Positions 13,501-27,330 of a stretch of 64,000 bases of DNA are shown in pieces. Position 1 is the stretch's first letter; each line of letters begins with the position of its first letter. The translations under genes and the position numbers were made by a program. The notes beneath the pieces were generated by a model, which worked only from the letters and a program-made list of their open reading frames with translations, was not told the DNA's origin and searched no databases. Source of the DNA: Takakia lepidozioides (taxonomy: Eukaryota; Plantae; Bryophyta); the NCBI GenBank assembly GCA_030704615.1, contig CM060731.1:32674001-32738000 (forward strand), read 5' to 3'.

Positions 13501-16500
13501 AACCACCAGCTTCAGAGAGGTATCCAAAGAAGACAGTACCTTGACTGCTACTTATTATTCAACTGACTTCATCATGATATCATCTGCAAATTAAAGTTGG
13601 CTTGTTGTGAATGGACAGATTTCCATCAATTGTAGGTGGGGGAGCAAATGGGACCATCATTCACTATTCTCGTAATGATAAACCGGTATTTCACTTAGTA
13701 TTAGTTGTTGGGTTTCTAGATCCTACTGCTGATTGTTGCATATAACTCCATCATGGCTGTTTGTTACATGCTGGTCTACTACTGCTTGAAGGTACAGTCA
13801 AGTGCACCACAGTATGCATTCAAAGACCACAAAACTTAGTATGCTTGCACTCACTGCTGGGAGCTGATGAATTCCTAGCAGTGACCAACAAATTCATTCA
13901 TTTTCTTTTTTCTGGTTTGGTCATGTTATTTTTAAGGTAATTATGTCTTTTCGTGTTTATCAGCCGTTAGTATTGTAGATGATATTTCCTTACCTTGCAA
14001 ATGTAGTTGTTATTTCTGCATGTAGGTGGATATACAGCATGCCTTGAAATCTAAGATTGTGATAGTGGTTCATTATGGGTAGCCCCAGATAAGTACTGTA
14101 CAGCCTGGTGAGGAATAGTCAGGTGGTTAGACATGTCTATGGTGTTCCTTCTCTAATTTTACTCTTGCATATCACCGTTCCATTCTGCCTCTGGGATGTC
14201 CAGAGCCAGTGACCTGTCTTCCCATGATGCTGTAGGTGGTGTTTTGACGAACCAGATGTGGTGTGTTCTATTATTTGCCATGTTGAAGTATTCACAAAGC
14301 TCTATGGTGGTAGCATGTTTGGCGTGGTACATGAAATACAGCACATGTTGTGAGCTTTTGACGTTTGAAGTGTGGGAGTGTTGGCTGATTGCTTGCCTTG
14401 AGCAGATTGGAAAGGCCCAAATGGTGCTCATGGATGTGGGCTGTGAATATCATGGCTATGTCAGTGACATGACTCGCAGCTGGCCCCCTTGCGGCCACTT
14501 TTCCCCTGCTCAGGTAAGCTTTTCCTCCCTTGCACTTTCTTACTCTCTGTCTGTGGAATATAATGCATTGGATTGTCTGTTTTTTTAAGTGCGTACTCAA
14601 CTGTTGTCTTTGCAAGGTTGATATGGCTTTACCAATGTGCATTTACTCTTCACCTGGGTAATGCCGCCCAACAAGTTCCAGGAGGTGCCATCCTGGGGGA
14701 TGAACTGGAATGGTTTCCAACAGTCGTCATGAACTACTGTTTTTTGCTGTCATTCATCACTGCCAGAGCAACTAGCTGGGCAGTGTTGCCAGACACAAGG
14801 TTGAGTTCGACATTAGGAAACAAATTGCTGCTACTTTCCAAGTCTCTATTTGCAGAAGGAAGGAGTGGTTGGAACCGGGACTGATGGCATCCATGATGTG
14901 GGGTGTAGTGACTGGTGAGAGAAGTGTACGAGGTTGGTTACAGGGTTGATGGCATCCATATTGTGGCTCTGTTGGGGTGTCATGATTGCAGAGAGAAGTG
15001 TATGAGGTTGTGCTGGATGTGATGAAAGAGTGTTTCAAGATGTGTTCCCCCGGCGTGACCCTTGGTCAAATTCACAATCACTCCGTAAGCTTGTGCAGCT
15101 CTTCCAGTTATTCTCATGAGGGTGGTACATGCTGTTCTATAAGCAGTACACTCTGATGGGAGACTCTGATGAAGCTATTTGGAAGTAATATTTGTCCGTT
15201 TTCTGTAATGATAGCACTTGATACATACTTTGTTATTTGGAGACTTTAATTTGAATTGAATCCTGTAAAGCAATGACTTTTGCTCTGCAGGCTACATTGC
15301 TGTGGCAAGGACTTGTGAATCTTGGACTTGCAAAAGGCAACTTCAATCTACAGCACTTTTACCGATTCAATTGCACTAAAGTTGGTAAGTCAGGCTCCTT
15401 TGTCCCCCTGTAAAGTTACTCCTTTGGGCGCCCTATTGAGCCCAACCCCAACAGGGGCAGTACCCCCAAGGGGAAGTGACTCTGATTATACTGCTTCGGC
15501 CGGAGGCTTGTCTTACTCTCTCTTATTTTCTTTCACCCTGAGAAAAGTTTTCCTTACGAGAACAGAGATGCATAATGCGACCATAATGATTGCCTCCACC
15601 TTCTGGGTAAGGTCCTCTGCGTTTGCCAAACTAAGATTAGAGGCATCCATCAGCCCTAGAGAAGGTTCTTCGGGGGAAGGGCCTGAAGGTGGAAAATGAG
15701 AAGACAGGAGGACTAGGGTGCCTCAGGTTGTAACTATTTATAAAACGCTTGTCCAGAGAAGAACCTCATGTGATTCATGTCTCATTCGAAGCCTGCGTTG
15801 CCATGCAGGAGAAGGGATACTGGATCTTCCTAGTCCTGCAATCCCCTCTAACACCGATTGTTGTCAGCTGTTATGGCAAATGCAGTTTAGTGGTGTACCT
15901 TGGTGGTTGAAACCTTATAGCTGGCTCAAGAAGGGTTTGCATACTGTAAGGAGTAAGGCCCCAAGGATAAGAACTTGGTCATTGAGTACATTTCTCCCTC
16001 TCCCTCTCCCTCCCTAACATTTTGTTCAAATGTATCCATGCAACTGGAAACACAGTATGAATGGCATGGCTAATTTGAAATTGATCTGGTGTCAGGACAT
16101 TACTTGGGTCTGGATGTGCATGATTGTGCCACTGTCGGCATCGATAGACCCCTCCAGCCTGGTGTGGTAAGCAGCAAGCAACAGATGCAAAGGCATAGAA
16201 AAATGTTGCTCATTCATGGTCTCTCTTTGAAAATTAGGTTGTCATTTCAATTATTGCAAGGTGTTTTGTTTTGTGAGGAACTTCGAGAAGTTGCAAGTTA
16301 AATTGGTATTTATTCATCCAAACTTGTTTTAAGCAAGACAAGATGCAATCAGCAAGGGATCAGAAGAGTGAAGGGAGGCTGCTGTGGTGAATAGGTGATC
16401 ACCATTGAACCAGGCCTTTATATTTCTGTCAAACAGGACGTTCCTGAAAGGTATGCTTCTACTCTCCAAACTTGTGTGTGCATGCACTGTAAAGCCCCCT

Positions 16501-18515
16501 AAAACCCCTCTTGTTCTGAATGAGGTTGTAAGGGGAAGGGGGCACCCAGAAGTAGCTACATAGGAAATCTCTTTGTGTGACACTGGTCCTCAATGAAAAG
16601 CCATATGGGCAACAGAGGCGCCCAAGGACCTCAAAGACCCATAACAGATGCCCTAGGGAAACAGAACCCTGAGCTTCCAGAACTGAACTTGCAGTACTTC
16701 ACCAGCCCTCCAGAGCACAGGAGGCACAAATGACAGAAGACCAAAGACCTCTAAAATAAGGCCTTTTGGAACAAGAAGCTCAAGCTTCTGGAAGTAACTT
16801 GAAGCACAAGCCACATCTCTAGCTTGAAGCCAATGGCGCTGTGAATGGGCCTGATACTAAAGATATAACACTGAAACTTAAAATGGTTCCCAAATTAACT
16901 TGTAACCTTCAAGGATATAGAGCCTCCTGGACTCTTATCCTTCCTTTTGGAATCGGTAGCTTCCAGTATGCAAGCCCTCCTGAGGACTTGGACGTGTAGG
17001 GTCCCAGGCTTCCAGTTCATCTTTCATCTCACTTCTGTTTTCTCTCATATGTCTCAGTGTGGATATCAGGAGTTCTGTGTCATCCCCTGTTTTCCTTCAT
17101 TTTTCCCTGTCTTTCTCAAGAAAATCTTTGAGCTGTACTGTACAGCATAAACTTTTGTGGTTTTTTTAGTTTCATCCCTCCAGTTCTCTTTGGTTCCTTT
17201 CCGTGCATCAGAATTCATCTTTGCAGTGATAGAATTGGCCTAGTACTCTACGCTTTCAGGACATACACATTAGATGTACGTGGAGCCAGAGGTTACATCA
17301 CTAATGAGTTGGTTTGGTTAATCGGTGTCTAAGGGTACTTCTAAGTGGCAATTGCAGATATCAAGGCATTGGTATCAGAATTGAGGATGAGGTTTTAATC
17401 ACAACATTGGGCTATGAGGTTTGTCTTGCTTTTTCTCTGCATCCCCAGCTGACAGTGAGAGAATGTACTCATAAGATGATGTTTGATGTAGTTGTTGCCA
17501 TAGACCCAACTGAAAAGTGAGAGAGAGAGAATGTACCCATAAGATGTTTCCCGTAGCCTTGTGGCCGTAGACCCCGATCCCAGTTTGGGTAGAGCAAGAG
17601 GGAGCAGATTCTACCTTTGTGAGGGGTTCACTCAGTGGTACTTACCTTGATGTAAACAATTAGTTCGGGCTTTCCAGATTTCCTCTAGAAAGCCCTTCAC
17701 ACAAGCATCGTCAATCTGCTGTGTGTGAGCTGCCCAGCAATTAGATCCCAACAGGGCCCGGGCTTTAGGCTCAGCCTCAAGATTTTGTAAGTTGGTGAAC
17801 AGAGGTGCAGGGACTATGTTCTTGATGGTCCTGAAGAGGGTCACTCGCTGATGAGAATACCCCTGACATCGAATCAGAAAATGTATATTGTCTTCAGGCT
17901 GCTTGCACATCAGGCATTGACAATCTCCCTTTCCTCTCTGCATCTGTTTTTTGTTCAAGGAAGACTCCCTGGCCTGAGTTTAAATTTCCATTCTAGTGCC
18001 AAGGGTAGGTTGGCCCTTCATCCAATGCATTACCTTACCTTTACCTGAAGCAATCTGCTTCATGTCAAACAGGCAAGGGGTCGCAAGGCTGGCCTTTAGT
18101 CATAGAGACGTTTATCTAGTCCCATGTCAAGTTTACCCATTTAGTCAGTGCAAAAACCAGCCCTTGACATATGAAGAAGTTTGGCATCCTGGAACTAATT
18201 TGGTCCCATGTTCCTAGGAGGTTCCTGAAATGTTCTCGTGAGTTTCCACATAATCCTAAGTCCATCCTTGGTAGGCTAGAGACACAGACAAATTGTTTGT
18301 TATGTCCACAGGAAGCTGCAAAGCAAGTGGGAAGCTTGAAAATTGCAAGGTCAAATGGGAATTGAGAGTGGTGGTGTGTTTGTGCACAGGTGCTTACAGC
18401 TTCCGTACCTAAAGAGATTTCAGAGATTGAGGCATGGATGGCGCAAAGTGAATCAACCGACATAAGATTGCAAGAGCCCAATTTGTCCAAGATAGAGTCA
18501 CCGGTTGCTGTCTAG
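10528..18515 (+). CDS. ICP55: Xaa-Pro aminopeptidase (M24B), intermediate cleaving peptidase 55-like, mitochondrial. Exons 10528-10590, 11022-11132, 11736-11999, 12459-12551, 12712-12918, 13183-13286, 13619-13685, 14406-14513, 14992-15084, 15291-15384, 16096-16166, 16395-16450, 17358-17418, 18390-18515
   Basis: Phase-consistent GT-AG model. Motifs GQPT..THPE, YPFRQDTDYLYFTG, RWIKSPSE, IHYSRND, MDVGCEYHGYVSDMTRSWP, GHYLGLDVHD, ITIEPGLY, GIGIRIEDEV. Arg-rich presequence MAAWRRALLLHPRFFS. Confidence 0.93.
17455..18030 (-). mobile_element. LINE family 3' fragment plus tail stub in ICP55 intron 13
   Basis: [17 protein letters not shown] finger, [14 protein letters not shown] segment, two (TC)n-ending tails. 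Confidence 0.75.
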
Positions 18516-19140
18516 CTTTCCACTTTCATTTGAATCGTTGCAAGGTAAGCAATGGTTAGCAATGGAAATTTTTTGCAACCTTGTTAATAGATAGAGACCT
18601 CTTTATCGAGGCTGCTCATATCGCGTAAGCAATTGACTAGTGGCTACAATAGAAGCAGGACACCCTACTGCTGAAGGTTTGACAAAATGTCGCAAACTTG
18701 CGGTGATTGAAGGGGAGTTTGCATTTTGTCAAAGACATGTATGAAGTGAAACCCGTTGAGATTTTGTCATATGCCTAGCTGAGAAATTCTGGCAGATATT
18801 GCAAGTCAAGGTCCAAGAAGTTTCTTGGACTAGAAATTGGTGTGCCACTGACAAAATTCAAAATTCAAAAAAAATAAATTGAGAAGGTTGAAATCCATTA
18901 TTTGTCTGTTCATGGATATGTTTGAATTGAATGGCTGTTGGAAAAATAATATTACATAATATATTATGTGTATACATAATGTAATATAATATATTACATT
19001 TATACATAACATATAATATTACATAATATGTACATGAGAATCCTTCAGGGCGGAAAGTGGTCACTTTGCCATTCTCTCCAGGGGTTTGAAATTTGGGATT
19101 TGAAGATAGTCTGGCTTTGAAGCAGTGACAAGGAGAAGGA

Positions 19141-22100
19141 TCACATGGAAGCTAACACTTGAAGACCAATGCCAGAGAAACTGAAATTGAAGTGAGCATT
19201 TGAGCCCTTCCAAATGGCGTTTGCCAGCAAAGCATTTGCTGCGTGGGAGGGGTGGTATTCATCCCACCACACATAGGATGCAGGATGATCGCACACCATG
19301 CTGGTGTTGAGACATGGCAAGGCACCTCCATAAGGTCCTACACCACAGCAAGCTGTGTCTCCTACCTCAAATCCTGCACCGCTCCAGCACAGCTTTACTT
19401 GTCAGCCCTACTTATCTGAAGTAGCTCTCACTGCAACAAAGCTGAAAAATCTCCCAAGAAATGCTCAAAAATGTGAGTTAAGCTAAGATAAAAATTGTAC
19501 ATTGGACACAATTACCTGGAGACTGAGGCTGACCTGGGTTTTCAATTGCTGGAGAGGATTATTGACGTGCCTGACTGAGTTTCAGTACTGATTGCCTTTG
19601 CAAACCTCTGAGTCTTATAAGTCTCTTGAGTTTTGGTACACAATTTTGACCTTTAGCTGACCCAAATTGCAATGGAACTATGTGGTTCACGTACTTCATC
19701 TGAAAAGATTTCTCAGAATTTGGCTGGCCCTGTGCTACTCAAAAGGAGAAGCTGATCCATTAAGAGACACAGAGCTGCCAAGATTCTCAACAGAAAAACT
19801 CTCACTGGAGAAAGCAAACATCCAGGCAGATCTGTACGCACAATATGGCTTCTGTGACTGACTTCTGTGACTGAGCCCTCACTGTCAGAGGTCAATTGGA
19901 ACCTGTCAATGTACACGAAATGTGGATGGAGTGAAGACTGCCCACCATTCAATGTTTGGGTATGTACTTGGCATTGTTTACTAGAGTACCACTAAATAAG
20001 GTTCTTGTCTTTGTTGCAGTGTGGCCATTGCAGGCTAGGCAGGCATGAAGGAGTCTTACCATAAGCATGTGGAGCATGCGTTAAGTTGAGCATAATGTTG
20101 TAAATATCCGAGTAGATGATGGTGGCCCCCATGAGATCTTCATTGAGTTGCTCCACCTTCAGCTGCAGGCGATTATTGAAGTCCATGACAAGCTTGTTGA
20201 TACTGGCTATGCATTCGCCATTGCTACTGTTGTATTTATACAGTACAAAGGGGGCACACCCTATTGGCCCCACACTTATGACCACCATCTTTCGTGCACC
20301 CCCCTGATACAAGTCCTGAAAATATGCCAATTTTCATGAAAGTCAAAATTGCAACTTCCTTATAGTTCCATTTATGCCCAGTGGCACTTTTCTACATATC
20401 AAAGAAGAATCAAGACCAGAAATCCCTTCAGTAAAATAGGATGTTGTATCATGATCAGTTACTTGATTGTGGGAGAGCAAAGATTATACCAAGATGAGGG
20501 AATCCAGAACCTTCCACATATTGTCAATTTGGTTCCTAACTGGCCTGGATTCCATTCCTTGAAAACAGCTCTAATCCACAAGTAGTCACACCAGGCAATT
20601 CAGTATATCATAGTGTGGACTTGTGGTAATTCTCGTCAATCTGGTGATTCTAGGTCAGCATCCGGACCTTGATTCGGTTATATAAATTGGAGAGGATCAG
20701 GGCATTGAAGTCATCAGCAGAGAGTAACGACTGGGAACCCCCCACAATATAGTTGTGAATGTAGTCATTGCCACCAATCGAGATGTAAAGTATGGACTTT
20801 GCTATAATTTCATGTGCAACTATTGTGCCCACGGTCGATTCCATCTCCCTGTGCCTCTGCAGAAAGTGATTCACCTGCTGCATGAATGGTATGTGCTCAC
20901 CCTGCCAAAATTCAATAACAACTGTTTAGTGGTGATACATCTCAGACCCTTCCACCATTTAGCCTGTCTGCAGGGTCAAATCAGTAACCAAGGCAATAGA
21001 AACAGTTGGAAGGTTTGAATGCTTTTCCAGGTGTAAACCTAATACAAACTGCAATCCCCCAGGCAAGGATTTGTTGGGCCAATCACTGTGAACCATTTCC
21101 TTCATGAACCTTGTCTGACCCAAATAGAAACGTGTAAGGAGATCAGCGCTAGATATATATATATTTGTGGGGGAGTCATCAGTGAAGAACAGCAGCTTCA
21201 TTAATATGTGAACAGCACCAGTTCCATCCTGCCCACTTGTCAATGTATGGAAGAAAGGGATTCCAAATAAATCTGTGTCCGTCATCTTTATAGCTGATGA
21301 GCTGTAAATACTGGAAAGATTAAGGTGATGCCTCATTTGAAAAGAAACATGACATGCACAAGCTCAAGAAAATTACAAGGTCTTTGCCGGTGTCATTGAG
21401 AATGCCAGACCCTGCTGATGCAAAATTGACGCCTCGCCTCATAAACATACTGGCCTCTGGGGCCACGTATGCCAGCACCAGGGGCAGCCCCAAGTACTCA
21501 CCTGCATGATAAGCACCCATCAGCTACACTTCACATGGAAACAACTGGCTATTGTAGTACCCGATCTCCTTGTGTCCTCAGCTCGATGGGCTCTGTGCTG
21601 GATCCAGCTCCAGCCTGGGGTCAGTACTGCACGCTATGCAGAGCTCCCAGCAGTCAAAAGTGCCTTGAAATGAGGTTTTAAATTGTGGCCTTGCCTTCAG
21701 TCAACAAGAGATGAAATGTAATTTAAGGGCCTAAACATCTGAATATATTTCTCAACCATCAACATGTGCACAATCTTCTACCAGTGGAAAGCCTAAGACA
21801 ATAATGTTCAAGTCAGGCTTCCATACTGATCAGGATGTCAGCCTGGACTTTAAAGTCAACAAAAACATAGAAATTACTTTGAGGGGCGAATCCACTGACT
21901 GGATTTTGTAACCTATGACAGAATACAATCACCAAGCTAACAAGTGCTATCAACTCAAAATGTTCGACATACAATTGATCACTGCAGATCTCCAGACAGT
22001 GAACTCCATTGAAAGGGTTAACTAGGTGAGCGTTGATCTAAACCGGGAAAAACTCATACATCACAATAGGTGAACTCAAGGATGACTCCAAGATGAATTA

Positions 22101-22617
22101 CCGTGATGCTACGTAGTCCATCCCTCTTCAGATGCAGTCTCATCAAGTTTCACCCATACAGGATTTGAAACCATTGCGCACACATTTTTCATGGTTGGTT
22201 ATGTAAGGATGAAACAACAATCGCAGGTACCCAAAAGGTGCTTCGGCAGTGAGAGAACAATGAATATGTATCATTACAACCAACGCCAGACTTTGCAAAA
22301 GTAAAGCAGACAAGCTGAAGAAAGACAAACGCACATATGTAGTCTTGAGTGAGCCTGCCATTGCAGAACCGGCCTGTTGCAGTGTGCGTATCGAAGTCTC
22401 TGCCAAATGGCGGAAAATTGGCTTTGGCGATAGTATGGAGACGATTGTTGTTGCCAGAGTCTACTGTTGAGTCCCCGAACACAAAGAGCGCTGACACTGG
22501 ATCATTCAAGGCGCCGTCAGCAAGATTTCCCCCAAGTAACAAGACACTTATCACAACAAGCAGCACCCCGGCCACACCATCTGTGGCACCCTTCATGAAA
22601 GTCCAGCGTTCCGTCAT
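19141..22617 (-). CDS. GDSL esterase/lipase, secreted. Exons 22617 (or 22596)-22335, 21501-21377, 20901-20668, 20315-20060, 19373-19141
   Basis: [50 protein letters not shown] motifs. Canonical 5-exon layout and hydrophobic signal peptide. Confidence 0.93.
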
Positions 22618-24166
22618 TATACTTCTGAGCCTTTCCAACCCAGATCTCACTGCAAGCAGAATTGTGTGATCCAAACCACCTCCTCAACAGCCAGTAACCA
22701 CTATGAGAGATGTTTCTTGCGTATCACCTATGAATTTCACTAACATAACAGGAAGAGAGATTCAATCCTTTTCCTCCTCAAAGCTTCTGCGAGGTCATGA
22801 AACATGCATGCAAACGTAGGCATGTAGTCGCAAGCCCGCCAGAATTCCCTCGCAATTCCGTCTCCTTTCCAACCCGCAGCGCAATTGTATGCTAAACCCA
22901 CTTCTAGTATATGTTCACCCCTCTCACGTAATACAAGCGCAGAAGGGCTGAGGCAAACTGAGAAGAGACGAGAGATTCTGGAGAGAGGAAGAGGAGACTC
23001 AGGTTGGTGGGTCAGCTTGCAAAAGATGGGGAATCCCAACGAATCTATACTAGTTTCAAAAACTTACCCACCAAGATCGAGACAGCGCAGTAATCTAGAA
23101 ATGACACTACGTATTGTTCGTTTATGGGGGCCGACTCTTGCCTTTTTCATCTTCCTGCGTTCATTCACTCATCACGTGAATGTTGCGCTGGAATCCACTG
23201 GGATGGAAGCGTTTCTCTCCCCGCACAGAGATGGCAGCGTGCTCCGCCACCCTCCTGCGGATGCGGGTAGAGGCCATCACCAAGGGCCTATATCCTCCCT
23301 GTGGTGACCCAATGGAAAGCCTCACATTATGCAGCAGATTATGGGGCCATGCTGTGGAGCTGAAAGGGGCATGCTGCCCGGCGATGCTGTGCATCATACC
23401 CTTGCGAGTGATGGTTATGATTCCTCCCCAGCCTGCAGGGATAGCTAAAGGAGGTAGAGACATGCAGAACATTCCTTGTTGTTTTTGGATCTATAGCTTT
23501 GTGATCCAGGTTTCCATATTGTCGTGGACACATTCAAGCGGACTGTATCCATCTTGGTGGAAGAAGCTGACTTTTTGTTGAACATGAGTGTCATCGGGCA
23601 GCTTTCTCGTCCCTCCATCGGCTCCTTCAGTGTCTTCCTAAAACTTTTGATCTTTTCTTTCCCTTCAGTGAATGCATGAGGGAGAGGGTAAAATTCTTGG
23701 GAACTTGGCATTGTTTGCCCGGGGGAAACGCCTTAGGAAATCTACCCGCAAGTTTTCTCTCATGGTGACAGGTATGGTATGTCTGCACAATCCCGCTGCA
23801 AGGTCGGAGAGGTACGGGCATTTTGAGTTCACTCCTCAATGTAGCGGCCTAGTTACCACAGATGTTGACCACTTTGCTGTGGTATCTGTGGAGCAAAGCA
23901 GAGCCAGAATTACCCGTCATTGTGAGGACGGATAAGGCAGAGAGACGCACTCGTGAATTTTCCTGGCTATGACGTTCCCTTGAGGGATCCCAGGGAAATA
24001 TCAACCGTCCCTGAGCTATTCTATCCACCTGGGTAAGAATATCAACCCGTCAATGCCATACTACACGCCCAGGAATATTCATCATGCTAGAAAGCACTCT
24101 CGTCGATTTCAGCTATGTTGCTCTGGTCCCCAACCCCACGGTGCCGTGCTTGAGCTTCCAGGTCTT

Positions 24167-24167
24167 A

Positions 24168-24204
<37 letters not shown>
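24167..24204 (+). repeat. Compound (TG)n(AG)n microsatellite
   Basis: Seen directly, ~0.8 kb upstream of the first PPR ATG. Confidence 0.9.
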
Positions 24205-24205
<1 letters not shown>

Positions 24206-25017
24206 GAAGTTATCTTAATTTATAGCCTATTATAGCATTTGTGTCACAGCTCTATGGTGTAGTGGTGTTTGCATGCAGGCCAAGCAACGAGCAAGGGACA
24301 GCTGAGTTATTGTCTGACCCCTTACAATGGTGGGACGAAAGGTTTGATAAGGTGAGGCTATCTCCTGTTTGAAGTGAAAGAGTTTGTCAAGAGGGCCTGT
24401 GACTGAAACTATGGGCTGGATTTATCTCAAATTGCATACATTAATGAAATGCTGCTTTGTCATGAATAAGCAGCAATGTTGGCTACTGCTATAGGTAGGT
24501 GTCCATCGTTGTTCCGGTAATTTGAAAGATGTTGGAATCTTTGATGGATGTAGCCTGGTCTGTGAGGGGACGTGGTTGGACTTATGGTCACTCAGCTGCC
24601 CACTGGTGGTTCTCACAGCGAAGTCCAAGATCACCAGAGTTCCAGCATAAGCACCTCAAGGAGGTCCTTGGGATTGACGGTCGCTTGAACCCTCCTTCGG
24701 CAAATGCAGGGCTTTCTGCAATGACACCAGGTCGAGTACAATCTGGTGATGGATATTACTTTGATGTAGAGCATGGAGCTCCAGGCCAGGAGTACAGCGG
24801 GTATTGTCTTGATGATGATTTAATTCAAACATGTAGAATTGGTCCAATTTGTTCTTGAACTACTTGATGGCAGTAGTTAATTATACTTTGGTGATATGTA
24901 GCATGGAGCCTGTCCTCGTGAAGGGGTCCTGAGGTCAAGTAACTAACAACTTTCGAAAATAAATTGTGTTAAGTTGGAGTGTTAAGGGTTTTGAACCAAA
25001 ATATACTAGGATGCAGG

Positions 25018-27330
25018 ATGGCAGGGTGCAATCAGGCACAGTTGTATGAAGTGCGTACCTCCACCATGACCACTGCTCCTGGAAGAGGACAAAGAGAGCG
25101 AGCTGACAAGAACACTTCTGGCACTTGTGCGGATCTGACACTATTTAAGGAAGGACAAGTCAAAGAGGCGCTGCACATTTTGAACCAACAAAACATTTCG
25201 GTTGACTCGAATACTTATGTATGTCTCTTGCAGGAGTGCATTAAACTTAGAGACTTGAAAAGGGGGAAACAGGTTCATGACCACATTATCCAAAGCAGAT
25301 TCAAGCCAAACATCTTTCTACAGAATGCCCTTGTCAACATGTATGCCAAATGCGGGAGCGTGGTGGAAGCACGCCAAGTGTTTGACAAAATGCCTGAACG
25401 AGATGTGTTTACATGGACTATGATGATGGCAGGATGTGTGAAACATGGGTGTGGCAATGATGCTTTGGAGTTCTATGCACGTATGAGATGGGAAGGGGTG
25501 ACACCCAACAGGGTCACATTCATTTGTGTTCTCAACGCATGTGCCAGCTTGGCAGCCCTGGAAAAGGGCAAAGAGGTCCATGCTGACATTATTAGAGCTG
25601 GAACTGTGCCAGATATCATCCTAGAGACTGCTCTTGTTGACATGTATGCCAAATGCGGAAGCTTAGTTGATGCGCGACAAGTGTTTAACAAAATGGCTAA
25701 ACGAAATGTAGTGTCATGGAATGCTATGATAGCAGGATATGCGAAATGGGGAAGCATGAAGGATGCACGGTTGTTGTTTGACAGTATGGCTCAACGAGAT
25801 GTCGTCTCATGGAATACCATGATTGCAGGATATGCTCAGCATGGGTGGGTTAGAGAGGCTTTTGAGATTTATGAGCAAATGATGCGGGCAGAGGTGACAC
25901 CAGACAAGTTCACATTCGGCTGCGTTCTCAAGGCTTGTGCCAGCCTGGCAGTCCTGACAAAGGGCTTGGAGGTTCATGCTGACATCAGCAAAGCCGGAAT
26001 AGGGCACAATATTTTTCTGGAAAACAGCCTTGTTGACATGTATGCCAAATGCGGGAGCATGAAGGATGCACGTCAAGTGTTTGACAAAATGGTTGAACGA
26101 GATGTGGTCTCATGGAGCACCATAATAGCAGGTTATGCTCACCATGGGTGTGCTAGGGAGGCTTTTGCAATCCATGAGCAAATGATACAGGAAGGAGTGA
26201 TCCCTGACAAGGTTACAGTCACATGCATTCTCAATGTGTGTGCTAGCGCGGCAGCCCTGGAGAAGGGCAAAGAGGTGCACGCTAACATCAGCAAAGCTGG
26301 CATTGCGGGAGATATCATTCTGGAGAATTCCCTTGTTGACATGTATGCCAAGTGTGGGAGCATGACAGATGCACGTCAACTGTTCGACAACATAGCCAAG
26401 CGCGATGTGGTCTCGTGGAACACCATGATTGCGGGATATGGTCAGCATGGATGTGCTAAGAAGGCCCTGCAACTGTTTCATCAAATGCGGCGTGAAGGCT
26501 TCAAGCCGGATGGTATCACCTTTATATGTGTTCTCTCTGCCTGCAGCCATGCTGGCCTAGTGGATGAAGGCTGTGGCTACTTTGATTCTATGAGTTGGGA
26601 TCATGGCCTGACTCCTACAGTGGAGCATTTTTGCTGCATGGTGGACCTACTTGCCCGTGCAGGGCAACTGGATGAGGCAGAAAACTTCATTAATCAAATG
26701 CCGATCAAACCAGGTGCTGTGGTCTGGATGGCCTTGCTTGGAGCCTGCAGAATCCATGACAATGTGGAGGTAGCAGAACGTGCTGCAAAATGCGTACTCA
26801 AGTGGGATCCACAGGATGCTGCAACTTATGTGCTGCTATCAAACATCTACGCGGCAGCTGGCAGGTGGGACGATCAAGCCAAGGTGAGAAAGATGATGGA
26901 GGATAGAGGTGTGAAAAAGGAGCCTGGACGCAGCTGTATTGAGGTGGACAATAGGGTGCATGGATTCATCGTAGAAGATAGTACACATCCGCAAATTGAG
27001 GAAATTCATGCTGAGCTGAAGAGATTGTCCAGGCAGATGAAGGAGGCTGGGTATGTGCCTGACACGCGCTTTGTACTGCATGATGTGGAGGAGGAGATGA
27101 AGGAAATTTCTCTTTGCCACCATGGTGAGAAGCTGGCCATTGCTTTTGGGCTCATCACCACTACCCCTGGGACGCATCTCCGTGTGATCAAGAACCTTCG
27201 TGTGTGTGGTGACTGCCACACCGCCATCAAGTTCATTTCGAAGATTGTTGGGCGAGCTGTTGTTGTGCGAGATTCCAGCCGCTTTCACCACTTCCAAGAT
27301 GGGGTCTGTTCTTGTGGGGATTATTGGTGA
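25018..27330 (+). CDS. PLS-class PPR protein with E1/E2-DYW (DYW:PG) deaminase; ~15 PPR motifs; C-to-U editing factor
   Basis: Intronless ORF, PLS repeats, KKEPGRS PG-box, HHGEKLA (HxE), CGDCH, terminal DYW. Confidence 0.95.
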   Translation: MAGCNQAQLYEVRTSTMTTAPGRGQRERADKNTSGTCADLTLFKEGQVKEALHILNQQNISVDSNTYVCLLQECIKLRDLKRGKQVHDHIIQSRFKPNIFLQNALVNMYAKCGSVVEARQVFDKMPERDVFTWTMMMAGCVKHGCGNDALEFYARMRWEGVTPNRVTFICVLNACASLAALEKGKEVHADIIRAGTVPDIILETALVDMYAKCGSLVDARQVFNKMAKRNVVSWNAMIAGYAKWGSMKDARLLFDSMAQRDVVSWNTMIAGYAQHGWVREAFEIYEQMMRAEVTPDKFTFGCVLKACASLAVLTKGLEVHADISKAGIGHNIFLENSLVDMYAKCGSMKDARQVFDKMVERDVVSWSTIIAGYAHHGCAREAFAIHEQMIQEGVIPDKVTVTCILNVCASAAALEKGKEVHANISKAGIAGDIILENSLVDMYAKCGSMTDARQLFDNIAKRDVVSWNTMIAGYGQHGCAKKALQLFHQMRREGFKPDGITFICVLSACSHAGLVDEGCGYFDSMSWDHGLTPTVEHFCCMVDLLARAGQLDEAENFINQMPIKPGAVVWMALLGACRIHDNVEVAERAAKCVLKWDPQDAATYVLLSNIYAAAGRWDDQAKVRKMMEDRGVKKEPGRSCIEVDNRVHGFIVEDSTHPQIEEIHAELKRLSRQMKEAGYVPDTRFVLHDVEEEMKEISLCHHGEKLAIAFGLITTTPGTHLRVIKNLRVCGDCHTAIKFISKIVGRAVVVRDSSRFHHFQDGVCSCGDYW

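Noticed and set aside
23100-24160. Possible decayed coding sequence between GDSL and PPR1
   Set aside because: Coding-like composition, but no recognisable motif or consistent frame.
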